A stretch of 64,000 nt of DNA from Anolis carolinensis (Eukaryota). Where the stretch lies: the NCBI RefSeq assembly GCF_035594765.1, contig NC_085841.1:318007402-318071401 (forward strand), read 5' to 3'. Positions 13,286-25,537 of this stretch are shown one piece after another. The notes below the pieces were generated by a model. It saw only the letters and a program-made list of their open reading frames with translations, searched no databases and was not told the origin of the DNA. The position numbers and the translations under genes are program-made. Position 1 is the stretch's first letter. Every line of letters begins with the position of its first letter.

Positions 13286-13428
13286 CCCAGCAAATAAACA
13301 GAAAAGCCTCATTCTAATAAGGGGACAATGCTTGCTGCTGTTGCTGGCTTCTTCCAGTATGTTTTGTGAGAACAAGAAACACAAAAGCTTTGGAAGAAGT
13401 TGTTTGCTGTTTTTTTTTTATTAGTAAA

Positions 13429-14153
13429 CTAGCTGTGCCCGGCCACACGTTGCTGTGGCGAAGTATGGTGGTATGGGAAATAAAGTATTGAGGAATTGGT
13501 GGTAGTTAAGGTAAAGGGTAAACGTTTTCCCCTGACATTAAGTCCAGTCATGTCTGACTCTGGGGGTTGGTGCTCATCTCCATTTCTAAGCTGAAGAGCC
13601 GGTGTTGTCCATAGACTCCTCCAAGGTCATGCGGGATGACTGCATGGAGCGGCGTTACCTTGCTGCCGGAGCAGTACCTATTGATGCACTCACATTTGCA
13701 TGTTTTTGAACTTCTGGGTTGGCAGAAGCTGGGACTAACAATGGGGGCTCTCTCCGCTCCCCCAATTCAAACCTGCGGCCTTTCAGTCCAGAAGTTCAGC
13801 AGCTCAGCGTTTTAACACGCTGCGCCATCAGGGGATATTATTTCCTAAAGGTTGTGAATATACAATATTTCTGATTGGTTTTTTTGGTCTGTTGGAGGCA
13901 AGTATGAATGCTGCAATTAGGAAAAATGATTAGGATGTAATGGCCTTGCAGCTTTAAAGCCTGGCTGTTTTCTCCCTGAGTGAATTTTTTGTTGGGAGGT
14001 GTTAGCTGGCCCTGATTGTTTCCTGTGTGGAATTCCCCTGTTTTCAGAGCGTTGTTCTTTATTTAGTATTCTGATTTTAGAGATTGTATTGTTCTGTTTT
14101 ATTATACCACATTAATTTTTATATATTCTGATTTTAGTGTTTTTGAATACTTG
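13429..14153 (-). mobile_element. Non-autonomous Helitron, 3' end intact; 5' boundary approximate
   Basis: Minus strand ends GCCACA-GCAACG-TGTGGC (6-bp hairpin, 13442-13459) then CGGGCACAG-CTAG followed by host T, the canonical Helitron 3' terminus. Confidence 0.72.
13508..13835 (-). mobile_element. Sauria SINE inside the Helitron
   Basis: AAGGTAAAGGGTAAACGTTTTCCCCTGACATTAAGTCC...AAGTTCAGCAGCTCAGCG...GCGCCATCAGGGG, the reverse complement of the family at 3121-3454. Confidence 0.9.
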
Positions 14154-15981
14154 CTGAAATTAGGTGCACTAAGATTTTAAGGAAAATCTGATTGATTCAA
14201 TGGGCTTACTCTAGTTAGTATTACCAATGGATTTCAGTCTTTTATCTAGAAAATAAAAGTTGATTGAAGTGCAACGTGGATTGTCAAGCCTTTACAAGTG
14301 ATAAGTGTATATATATAATTCTTGATTACAGATACTCTTTGTATAGAAATATAACAATTGCTGAATACAAATCATGTTTTTCTGCTTCTCCATTGACATA
14401 CATACTTTGTTCAGAATATGTGTTATATTGTTATAACAATAAAGCTGAACTAAACAGATTGTGTATTAGAATACCAGAGATGTATCAGCAGCAGCAGACT
14501 GTTTTCACACTATTGTAAATGCACCAGCATTTAAGTACATAGAGTGTGAAGCAGCTCAAAGATGATCTACACCCAGCCAGAATCTTTCTTAAATTTTCTG
14601 TCTAAATGGAGTCTAAACAGTATTCTGTATTGCTCATTTCGCATGTTAGAGTGTTATTTTCAGCCTCAATGATGTGGAAAAGATTCCGCCCTGTGCCATT
14701 CTTCATTTATGATCCCATGATTTACATCCACTGGTAAGAACAACACAAGACTTTTAAGTAGCAAATGTAAATAAATTTCATAAGCATCAGAATAAAATGA
14801 ATGTGGTATAAAACAGATTTTAAAAGTGTGGTAAAATGCAGCCACTTCGATCATGAGAATGATTTCCTTTTTTAAGTATCAATATAAGATGTAAATGCCC
14901 AAGAAGCAATCAAGTCAACTAAGTGACAACCCCCATGGTAGCTCCTTGGGTACATGCTAGCTGTTTCTAAGATATCTACCATGAAATGGGTTTCTAGAGG
15001 CAATCATGTAACCATGATTTTATTTAGTATGTGAATAAATATGTAGAGAGAAGTACTCCATAGTACACATCCATTTTGTATTAAGTAAAGTTTGGCGCTC
15101 AACTTATTATGGAGAGGAGAGGCATTTTATTTCCATTCGCATTTGTGATGCTCCTCTTAGCTCTTGTTTTGAGAAGGCTAAAACTAGGGACATAAGGGTG
15201 TGGAGCTTGTGCATTTCATTAACAACATAAAATGGGCAACAATTTGATCACTGCACAAATTCTGCTTTTGTTTTCTTCCTAAGTGATTATTTTAGTTGAG
15301 TTTTCTTCTACGGTTCCAGGTGAAATTGACTGTTTAGAAGTGTTCCATAGCATATAGATAGAAGCTATTTTTGGAGTTTATCATTAGGTAGAAAGAGTCA
15401 AAATCAGAATAAAGAAAAAACATGTGTCAATTTAATCTACTCTTTAAAACAGATGAAAAGAGGAAATAATCAATTGTTTAAAAATCCCATTTGTGATTAC
15501 ATCAAGAAGAAAAAAATCATTTGAAAGCTGATCTTTAACTTAGCATTGCTTAGTCACAGAATCAATTAAAGTTCTTCTCATTCACAGAGAAGCAGATCTT
15601 CTAGGTACAGGTCAGGTCAGGTCTAAGATCAATAATGGGTTAATGTGCTAAAGAGATTGCAATGGATAAGTAGCTGCTCCAGACATGCAGAGGCGTTTGT
15701 TAAACAGAAATTCCTCTCTCAAGTGTTTTAAGCCTTAAAAAGATACAAAGGAAGAAAAGTCTTGATTTGACAAGGCAAGGAACATACATTTTATAGTGCA
15801 TAAGAAATACACTAAATCAGCAGAATATATATTTCAACATGTTTTCAATACACTGTTGTTCAGAAAATTCTTGTGATTGCCATTTGGGTAGCCAGAAGAT
15901 ACTTTGGTATTCCGGTCTGTTGTAGCTGATATTTTAAAGCACAAAGTATTATTACTTTTTATAAACCATTAAGAAATAAAT

Positions 15982-15989
15982 TATGTATG

Positions 15990-16045
<56 letters not shown>
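15982..16045. repeat. (TATG)n(TATC)n microsatellite
   Basis: Seen directly. Confidence 0.95.
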
Positions 16046-16320
16046 AAAGAATAGGCATTGGATTTGGACTGTGCACCAACACCCTTATAATCCCCACATA
16101 CACATATCCTGTGAAAACTATCCCAGAATCATTATTGTTATCTGAATCCTGTTAAATCTGATTCCAATTACATGAAACAAAGGTGGAGGCCAAGGCTTCC
16201 CATTTGTCCTTGTTTGCATTTTTACAAAAATAAATGTGCAAATGGCAATAAGCACTTATTTCACATATCCCTTGCATGCCCAGGAATCTTGCAAGTGTTC
16301 TTCTTTTTATTTATTTTTAA

Positions 16321-16321
<1 letters not shown>

Positions 16322-16376
<55 letters not shown>
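16322..16376. repeat. (TA)n microsatellite
   Basis: Seen directly. Confidence 0.95.
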
Positions 16377-16378
<2 letters not shown>

Positions 16379-17444
16379 AATTTAGGAGGTCTGAAAGCAG
16401 AGCAATTAGACCAGGAAAGCATGGGTGGTAATGGCAGGAGAGGAATCCCCCATGGTTAGTTATTGTTATAATAGAGAGAGATTTAACTAATTTGAATATC
16501 TGTGTTGGCTTGTATGTGTTGTATTCAACATCACAGCTGGACAAAACAAACATTACCATTGCAGAATACACACTTCATTGGTTGTTGTTTTATTTTTAAG
16601 ATGATCTGAAAAACTTATATTTCTCACCCATTACTTCAGCGCATCATCAGAAGCAGAAATAATCAGTTATAGGGAGCCCTGCTGTGTAATTCAAATACAC
16701 ATCATTCCCAGGCATGGGCTCTTATTCAAGGCCAATTGGAAACAGGCATCCTTCCTCACAGGGAGAACTGACCTCTCTATTGACCCATGCAAATATTACA
16801 TTGAGTAACTTGTCCTTGACTTAAAGGAGTTATGATCCTCATTAGTGACTTAAGTATAAACATAGAATTATCACTGAAATGTCTCATAATCAAAAACATC
16901 ACTCTCTATAATTGGAGAGAATGTTAAAGAGTCTTTCTGAAACAGAAGACATGCCTCATCTAAGAAGGATATACCAAAAGCATTTGTAGGCCACTTTGTT
17001 TCAGTAATGAATAGTTAGGAGAATATAAATTGGGGAATATAACTCCCAGCATTCACCTATAACCATGGACACCAGAATCATGCCCAAATAGTAATGTTTA
17101 CCAAGTTCTGGAACCACAAACCTTTTTGAAACATAGTAGACTTTTAAAATAAGACTTCAGCCTGATAGATTTTAGAGACTGAGATATACTGTGGCCATGA
17201 TAGGTAGGCTCAGGCTGGTAAAATATCTAGGCCTCATTTACACTGGCCAATTGTTTTAAGAGCAAGTCCAGATTGGACCTGGATGCCTCAGTGGTGTTCA
17301 TACACTCCATGCCCAACCCACTGTAGTGGCTGGGTAGAGTCTACATAGGCCAACTGGGCCAAAACCAATTTGGTCCATGTGATGGCATGGACCAAAGGAA
17401 AACTATAATGTCTGGCTATACCCAGTGGCTATCGGTATACCCTC

Positions 17445-18180
17445 TGATGTACTTCAGTTCTTTAAAATAAAGACTCTTGAGGCAGGATAAAGTTAACCAA
17501 ATAAGTTTACTGGAAACAAAAGGCAAAGTTAACGTCAGTCAGGGTTCTTGAAAATCGAATCAAAATAATATATTACAAAGACAAAGTTTGTTGGTTGCAC
17601 TTAGTTACACTGGTAATAAATACTTGACTATAATGGTGGTAAGTCACTTGGTAAAATACTTGGCTATTGAAGGTAGAGTACTGGACTATATTGTTGGTAA
17701 ATACTTGGCTATAGATATAATACAGAACTAAGATGGTAAAGTACAGAACTATGGTGAAGTACACTAAGCTATATTGGTAAAGTACTGTTTTGGTGGTAAA
17801 TACTGGACTTTGCTATGGTAAATTCTGGACTATGATAACTATATGGTAATGTACAGAACTATGATGACTATATGGTAGGGTACTCTAAGCTATGTTGGTA
17901 AAATACGTGCTAAGGATACCTGTTTGGATTGCCAAGGAACCCAGATAATTTCTGGCCTTCTCCTCTGAAACTCTGACACAGAATAAAAAGGAGGGAAAAG
18001 CCTTTCAGGCAAGCTCTGAAGCAAAAAGACTAAACCAATTGAGTCAGACCTTTAGGAAGATTTTAAGCTCCACCCCTAAAACTACGTACAAATGGAAAAG
18101 TCCACACCAAAGGGAGAACTTAACAAGGAAATGAAGCAGAGGAGGAAAAAGGCTAGGCCAAGATATCACAGTCCACCTTA
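17445..18180 (-). mobile_element. Probable old solo LTR containing a degenerate minisatellite
   Basis: Termini TGATGT...ACCTTA (imperfect inverted). Imperfect 5-bp flanks CCCTC/CCTTC. AGTAAA signal near the minus-strand 3' end. About 12 copies of TGGTAAA(G)TACT(G)GACTAT-like units at 17605-17905. Confidence 0.5.
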
Positions 18181-18689
18181 CCTTCACTGTCACAATTGTT
18201 GTTCTTGGCCAGCTGTAGAGCTCTAGTAGAGCTTCTAGCCATTGTGGTCATCCTGTGCTAACATCAGCAGAGATACTAACACGACCAAGAAGAAGGAGGG
18301 AAATCTCTGTGGTCATCTGCAGTAGCAACAGTCACATGGGCCTGATTTATCCCCTTTTGCCTGTGCTGATGAGTGCAGGGACAATGGGATCACAACATCG
18401 GACTTGGTCATGCTGTGCCTGTTTTACTCTGTTTTAAGAACCAAACAAGCAGGAGCAACTCACCATTCAATGTGGGCTATGTAGCTTATGTAGACAAATC
18501 CCCAGATAACCTATGCTGATAGAAGTATTAGTTTGCAAAGCTGCTAGTGAAGATATGCTGATGGGGTGGCTAAAGTAGAGTGGATGAAACAGAGGGAGGA
18601 ACAAAACTTTCATGTTTTGCATGGCATTTGTAGGGAAATCTGGTGGTTTAATCCATAATATAACATTCTGAGTACAGTGAAAATCTAGA

Positions 18690-18905
18690 TAGTGTTGTGT
18701 GCCTTCAAGTTTCCGTTGGTTTATGGTGACACTAGGATTTTCTTGGCAAGATTTCTTTAGAGGGGGTTGCCATTGCTACCCTCTACAGCTGAGAGACTGT
18801 CATTTGCCCAAGTTTACCCAATGAGTTTTCATGGTTAAATGGGGATTTCAATCTTGGTCTCCCAGATTCCTAGTCCAGCTCTAAAACCACTATACCATTC
18901 TGACT
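18690..18905 (-). mobile_element. Old tRNA-derived SINE (CORE-like body, RTE-like tail)
   Basis: TTGCCCAAGTTTACCCAATGAG...GGGATTTCAATCTTGGTCTCCCAG...AACCACTATACCA, a reverse B-box/A-box remnant. Confidence 0.55.
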
Positions 18906-21076
18906 CTGTAAATCTAAGTATGTGTGTAACATATGTTTTTCTTAATAAAATTAAATGAGTATTCCTTCACTAAGAAAACCCTATGAAATTCATGAGGTCA
19001 CTATAAGTTGACAGGCAACTTGAGGATACGTACACACATACAGAAAACAGCCCTAAATACAAAATTAATCATTCCCTTGTTTTCTTGACATGTTATAAAG
19101 TATGAAAAAACCCTTGTACTCTCTTGATTTTATACAATCTAACCTCAAGTAATATATAGTTACAATAAAGGGCAATAAACTCTTAGTCCTAATCATGTAG
19201 CTAAGCTAGTCCTCCTCCCACGCAGACCATTCTAATACCCCTTATTTTCTGACAATGTTTTAAATAGGTTGTTGTTCCTTATACTTAAGCAGTTCAAGTG
19301 GCTGCCACTAGTGAAAAGCTCACACTGGTTTCAACAAGCTCTCAAGATCTGTTCAATGGATTCCAAGGGAGGGATATAATTAAAGGAATGCCCTTGAGTT
19401 AGCACTTCACTGTCCAAAGATATTTGAGTGGTCTTAGAATTCAAAACACAGTGGCACTTGTATGGAAACGAAGCACAAAAGGACAGTTTTCCTTATGGTC
19501 TACTTTGTCAACAATCTACTATTCAGGCAAAAGTTAAGTTGGGACTTTCAATAATGTAGAGTACTCAGGTTGAGATTTCATCCAGAGACAGATGTTTCAA
19601 TACTACTGATCAATGAGAAGATGGTTTGCCTGGTGCAATTTTTATAAATAGGAATTATGCTAAAGTTGTGTACCTGATAATTGATTCAAGTTTTGGCACT
19701 AACGGCACAATAATTCCCTGGGGATAGCCTGAGGTTGCAAATGGACAGAACTTTCTATCTTTTATTTATTTAGTGTATGCCACACCAGTCCAAAAATATT
19801 GAGAAAAAACACTGAACATAATAAACACAGTTATTTATTAATATAGAAAAACTTACTGGGTTTGAAGTACAGTGAGGAACTCAGTTTGAAATGTGATTGG
19901 TTAGGATAATTTGAATATTTCTCATTTTTTACAATAAGGAAAGAATGTATACACAAATGCATTAAACTATATTGTAGTTAAATATACAGGTGTTTTATCT
20001 GAAATCTTTTTCACTTTTGTATGAGTATTTTATTGAGAATGCTTATTTTTAACATATTGCATCAGTGTTTTCATGTTATTATAAAAGAATATTATTTAAC
20101 CCAAAACAATTCACCACTAAATGAAATTCTATTTATTAAAATATTCACATCCTATATCACAATAGAGTAGAATATAATTTATAGAGAATATTCAAGTAAT
20201 ATGGGCAATATTCTGTGAATTTCACATGTTTTTCTTCCAAAGGGAATTCCATTTGTAGTTCTCTGTTGCCTGAAGTCTGCCTAATGAAATCTTTCTCACT
20301 CATAGAATTAGCAGTGTATTTGGTTGGGAAGCATTTAAAATTCTCTGTGCATACTATACATGCAAAAGTGGAATAAAACCTTGCATACTTACAAGGCCTT
20401 TTTGTTGGTTTCAGTAGAGCCCAAATTAAGCAGCTCTTGTTCATTTAGCACATTTGAAAGGAGCTGAACTTTTAAGATTCTCATCTGTCAGCCCCCATCA
20501 TTTCAGTTGACAGCTGACAGTTGTAAAGTGAGATACACATAAACCATGCTAAGTGAAATGCTGCTAATAAACACTATTGTTTTTTCTACAGCTAGTAACA
20601 ACACCTCAAGCAACTTTTCTAGAAAGTAGTTTATCTTTAAGAACGATCCTTTTGCTGGGTCATTTTTCATTTGTTATCTGTAAGGAGAAACTGTCTAGAA
20701 AAAACTAGAAGAAACTTGAGCCCAAATATACCACAGTGATATTTAATTTGTGACATTTGCAGATACTAAGTATGTGTTATTGTTAATCAAATCTTTCTTT
20801 ATTATGGTCATAGGACCAGCATAATGACAGTCTAGGCTAAAAGCTAAAATGCAGAGGTGTATTAAAAAGCTAAAACACAAGACACTAATTAAAAATAATT
20901 TTAAAAATATAGAAGGAAAAGAAAAGGGAAGAAAATCTGGATGGAGGAGTAGGACCATTAAGGAAAAATGAGTGACCATAAAAGGGGGGGGGGTGTATAG
21001 GCAGTAGGTGTTGTTGTTAATATAGCATCTGATGAATACATGGAACTTTGCAAAATATAACAAGACTAAAACTTTA

Positions 21077-21399
21077 CTGTGTTCACTTTTTGCGGATTCG
21101 CTGTTTTGCGGTTTTTCAATAAACTCTAAAAGACTATTATAAATAATAAAAAACTACAATTTACAGCCTAAGGAAGGGAGGAAGGAGAAGCCAAAGGGAG
21201 AGAAAAGGAGCCCAAGCAGCAACGGGAGGAGAAGAAGGCGATTTATCAACATACAATTGGTTGATAAAGACTTAAAATAGTGTATAACTACTAAAATAAT
21301 GTATAAATATGAAAATAAATATAGTGTCCCTACTTCACGGATTTTTACTTATTGCAGGTGGTCCTGAAACCTAACCCCCCAATAAGTGAGGGAACACTG
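21077..21399. mobile_element. Tc1/mariner (Tigger/pogo-like) MITE
   Basis: TA-CTGTGTTC at the left end and ATAAGTGAGGGAACACTG at the right end. Left terminus partly deleted. Confidence 0.65.
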
Positions 21400-21411
21400 A
21401 ACAAACAAAAG

Positions 21412-21652
21412 GGTTATTGTATGTTTTCCGGGCTGTATGGCCATGTTCCAAAAGTATTCTCTCCTGACGTTTCGCCCACATCTATGGTAGGCAGCCTCAG
21501 AGGTGTGAGGTATGATCTCACATCTCGGAGGATGCCTGCCATAGATGTGGGTGAAACGTCAGGAGAGAATACTTCTGGAACACGGCCATACAGCCCGGAA
21601 AACATACAACAACCCTGTGATCCCGTCCATTAAAGCCTTTGACAACACATTT
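21412..21652. mobile_element. Penelope-like element, fold-back pseudo-LTR pair with hammerhead ribozyme motifs
   Basis: 99-bp inverted arms 21411-21509 and 21517-21615 with a 7-nt spacer. Tail GATCCCGTCCATTAAAGCCTTTGACAACACA. 11-bp TSD ACAAACAAAAG at 21401-21411 and 21653-21663. Confidence 0.85.
21522..21567 (+). ncRNA. Minimal type I hammerhead ribozyme motif with one core substitution; mirror copy on the minus strand at about 21459-21504
   Basis: C(G/T)GAGG(A/C), then T-GCCTGC-CATAGAT-GTGGG(T/C) (stem II), GAAAC, GTC and AGG. The consensus of the two arms gives an intact CUGANGA/GAAA/UC core. Confidence 0.65.
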
Positions 21653-23541
21653 ACAAACAAAAGTTATAAATTGTAATCTAAAGTTAAAATTTAAAGCTGT
21701 AGGAGGCCACAAAAGAAAATAAGGAGCTTGTCTGACTGACCATTTAATATTGTTAAATAAAATGTCCCTCTGATAGTAATTCTATAAATATGTAGGTCAT
21801 ATTGAATTAGTGATGACCACTCAGAGGTAAGAGTGTATAAGATTCCAGCTCAATACTACAATTCAATATATGTTGATGTAGAAGTAAAATAAGGAAGAAG
21901 GAAAAAGGAAGGCGGAATATATCAACACCTTTAAGACTAATTGGCTTTTATTTTAGCATACGTTTTTGTTAGCACGAAACTCCACTGAATGCAACGAAGC
22001 TTATCTCGGTTACCTATTGCAGAACTGAAGGAATTTACTATTAAAAATGAAAGAATACTTCCTTGATATTAAAATACTGAAATAATGGTTTGATAAAATA
22101 TAAATCCCACAATCAGGGACTAGCTCAGATTTTAGTAATGATTTAGTGGCTATTTAAAGTATATTTGTTTATATATTACAAAGGCTTCTTAAATAATTGC
22201 TTAGGTGCAATTGGAGTACTCAGTCTAAAAAATGTTGGTAATGAAAAGCAATATTTTAAAAATTTCAAATGTTGCTAATGTACTCTGGTTTAGAGCTAGC
22301 AGTATACAATGGCTTGGATTCAGACAAAGTGATGCTTAGGACAAACCCATTGAAATCAACATCAGACTAATTTGTCAATTTCTGTTTGTTTCTTCCTTTA
22401 CAAATAAAAGGAGACACAGAAAACTGACACAGAGATGTAGATAGTGTCTCTGGAAGTCGTGCTGCAACTGACTAACACAGCTACTTATTTGAAAGTTATT
22501 GGGTAGTTATTGCCAGATAGTGTTTATTTATGTTAATGGAATATTTCATTTGGTATTTTGGGGATCATATGTTTTTGGAATGGCTGTTAATTTTTTCATG
22601 AATATTTGAACCGAGGTTTTATACTTCTCTGCACTATACTTCTTACACTTTGAAAAATAAGAGAAAAGTCTCTCATAAATATGGCTTTTTGTGTGTTGTT
22701 ATGCCAAACACCAAAGATCTGTAGAATCTTTAAGAGGTTTTGCTATAGCCCGAGGAAACGTGCCAGTACAGTGCAATGCCCATTGAACCAAGTAACCATA
22801 CTGGGTGAACGGTCATGGGTTGCCACTGCTAAAACCATGTTATTTAGAACATGTACACACTTGTAAACATACTGCCGATGGCCTAATTTGTGGAGCCCCA
22901 GAGTGACTGATATAAATCCTGCCTATTAAAAACATTCTTGTCAATTACCTTGTCAGTTTCAATCTAAGCACTCATTGAAAGGAGTTACTTTTATGTGTTC
23001 CCCCTTGGGGCTATCACTGCTTGTTTATAATGTAACAACCACACCCCTAAAGGAACCGCAAGGTAGTAAAAATTATTCTTATAATATACACATTATAAGA
23101 ATTCCCTGTAGTGCTGATTGCTTTAATGATGTAACTAAACACTACTCAATCCTGCCAGAACTAAATGCCTTTTAAAGTAACAATGCCAAGAAAAGTATAG
23201 GCCAGCATGGAAAGGTGATAATTACCTAACTGGGCATAGAAACACTACTGGATCATCTTAGCTAAGTGCATTTAAAATGAACAAATGCACGGCAAATATA
23301 TACAGTGAAAAAGTTTGATTCTTTAACAGAAAAGTTCTATGTATGTACGTCTACTCAGAACAGTGTGTTCATTCAGGCTGATTCCCAGATACATGAAAAT
23401 AATGTCACAGTCTAAAAGAAGCAAGACAGAGTTTTTGAAAAGTGAACAAATAATGTACTGGTTAAAAAGGGATAAACCAGGAATTACCATGCCATATGTG
23501 TGAAGTGTTGATTCATTAGGTGGCAGCAGGAGGAAGTCTTA

Positions 23542-23671
23542 GGCCCCTTCCACACAGCTGAATAAAATCCCACAATATCTGCAGTGTGGACTCAAATAAC
23601 CCAGTTCAAAGCAGATATTGTGCGTTATTCTGTCTTGTTATTTTGGGTTAAATGGCAGTGTGGAAGGGTCC
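23542..23671. mobile_element. PIF/Harbinger-type MITE
   Basis: TIRs GGCCCCTTCCACAC / GTGTGGAAGGGTCC. TTA and TAA flanks. Confidence 0.8.
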
Positions 23672-24911
23672 TAAGATAAATCATAATAATCACAGCCTAA
23701 GTTTCCCTTTTTAAAATATATTTCCCACATGAAGGAAGTAATAATAAGCTACGTAACAGGACTGTTGTCAGAGCCTTTTCAAGATGCTTTGCTGCCTCAG
23801 CAGAAGGACAGGATGGCACCCCACTTCAATCTACAAACAAAAGTAGAGTGAAGTAATAGTTTAATTTTATCTCAACATTTCTATCAAGTCTTTTAAGTCC
23901 TCCCACATACTCAAAGTACAGAAGTTCTTCTTGATGTTGTTATTTATAATTAGCATTAGCATCATCCTTATCTTCATCTTTTTCTCCAATAATGGGACTC
24001 AAAACAATGTATAAAAATTTGAGCCAATAAGATAAAAGAATATTAAAAGACTTAAAAATAAAAGGATATTAAAAGAACATGCAAAAAGTTGTTAAACTTT
24101 ATTCATTAAATTATTCACAAAATTAAAATCTTTTAAACACATCTATGAAAACTAGATAAAAGTCATCAAGGCAGCACACCATTAAAAGCTTTTGCAGTCT
24201 GGTCCCAAAAGCCTGTTGGGATGAATCAGTTTATACTTGAAAACATGAAAGGGGACATCCTAGCCTTTCTGGCCACCCTGAAGATCTTAGGCCTTTCATT
24301 TTATTTACTGAATTTATATCCTGCCGTTCCTCCAAGATAGGATTCAAGGTAGAACATATAAAAACAGTGCCTTGAATAACCAGGACCTGAACTGTATAAT
24401 GCTTTATTGATCATAACCAGCACTTTGTAACACAAGCACCTTTTAAAGAGATGGTCTTGGTGAACTGATCAGAAGGAATAGCTAGAAGAAGCTATCTTGG
24501 TGCATCAACATACTTGCCTCACCTCTACTTAGTGGTGAGGCCACTTCTGAATGATGGAATGATGTAGACATTTATTAAGCACTTTCAACATCGAAAACTT
24601 GCAATTCAAAGTTGAAGTGCTGCAGTCATTGAGAATTACATGGTCTCACAAAAAAGTTTCTTCTTCCTCTACTCCCCACACTTGAGCAAATTTGAAGCTG
24701 CAAGCAGGAGGGGAAATCTATTCCAACAGTAACTGTCATTTGTTCTTGTTGTATAGCTTCAAATCAACTCTTTACTTATTTCAACATTATCCTAGGACTT
24801 TCTTGACAAGATTTATTCCCCTTCAACTAAGGACATTATCACATCAACCTTAGTCTTGTGGCAAGTGCATTGTTTAAGCAAAATTAAATACTCTATTTAC
24901 TTGAATCTAGT

Positions 24912-25253
24912 GTGACATCAAATCTACCTATTGTGGCTCAGCCTGCTCTTCAGCCTGAGATGGAGTTCAAATCAGATTTCAGGCCCATCCAAGATTTTGA
25001 CCGAAGCCCTGTAAATTTGCAGGTGTCTGAAGTAGTTGTTACAGAGGATCCGGTAATTGAGGAACAATCCAATGGTCAGTCAAGGCTGATTCAGCCAGAT
25101 GGGGCTGTCAGCTTGGAGGAGTGTGTTGATTTTGACCGAAGAGGGATGTTTACGAGAGAGAGGAGCAGAAGGGAGGGTTTGAGAAGAAGTCAGTGTTTGG
25201 CTCTCAGACGCACTAATGAGGAACTTTTACATGAGAAGACTAGCACTCCCTAG
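24912..25253 (+). CDS. Putative LTR U3-encoded peptide (113 codons; acidic body, C-terminal FDRR..F...LRRSQ[C/R]LA)
   Basis: Open from the LTR edge. Motif spacing is identical to ORFs 38547-38822 and 60104-60397. The Cys codon TGT is one CpG transition from Arg CGT. Confidence 0.45.
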   Translation: MTSNLPIVAQPALQPEMEFKSDFRPIQDFDRSPVNLQVSEVVVTEDPVIEEQSNGQSRLIQPDGAVSLEECVDFDRRGMFTRERSRREGLRRSQCLALRRTNEELLHEKTSTP

Positions 25254-25537
25254 TTCTCATTGCACTGTAGCCTTGAAATCTCTTTAAAGATGCCTTGCTC
25301 CGTTTTTCCTGTGCAGTGTCAACTTTGCTATCCATCAGTTTTATACCTTGCTGCAATTGTACTATGCTGGCACTTTGAATTCCCACAGTTAATCTTCTAC
25401 ACAACCTCCCTTCCTAGCCATATTTGCCCTACCTACCATATGTGGGGAATAACCAGTGATATTGGATACAGTGAAAGAGTTATCCATCAATAAAAGGATT
25501 CAATCATTATTCAAGCAATATAACTATGGGACAGACA
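24913..25537 (+). mobile_element. Solo LTR (Gypsy-type), older; carries a U3 ORF
   Basis: TG...CA ends (TGACATC...GGGACAGACA), imperfect TSD TAGTG/CAGTG, AATAAA at about 25489. The left end could instead be 24911. Confidence 0.65.

Noticed and set aside
9574-16571. ORFs with poly-Y, poly-I, poly-L or YI runs (also 46656 and 51303)
   Set aside because: Translations of (TAA)n, (TA)n, (ATC)n and (ATT)n microsatellites.
17605-17905. Repeat-spacer appearance resembling a CRISPR array
   Set aside because: Units are degenerate, spacers are only a few nt and related to each other, there are no cas genes, and the context is vertebrate.
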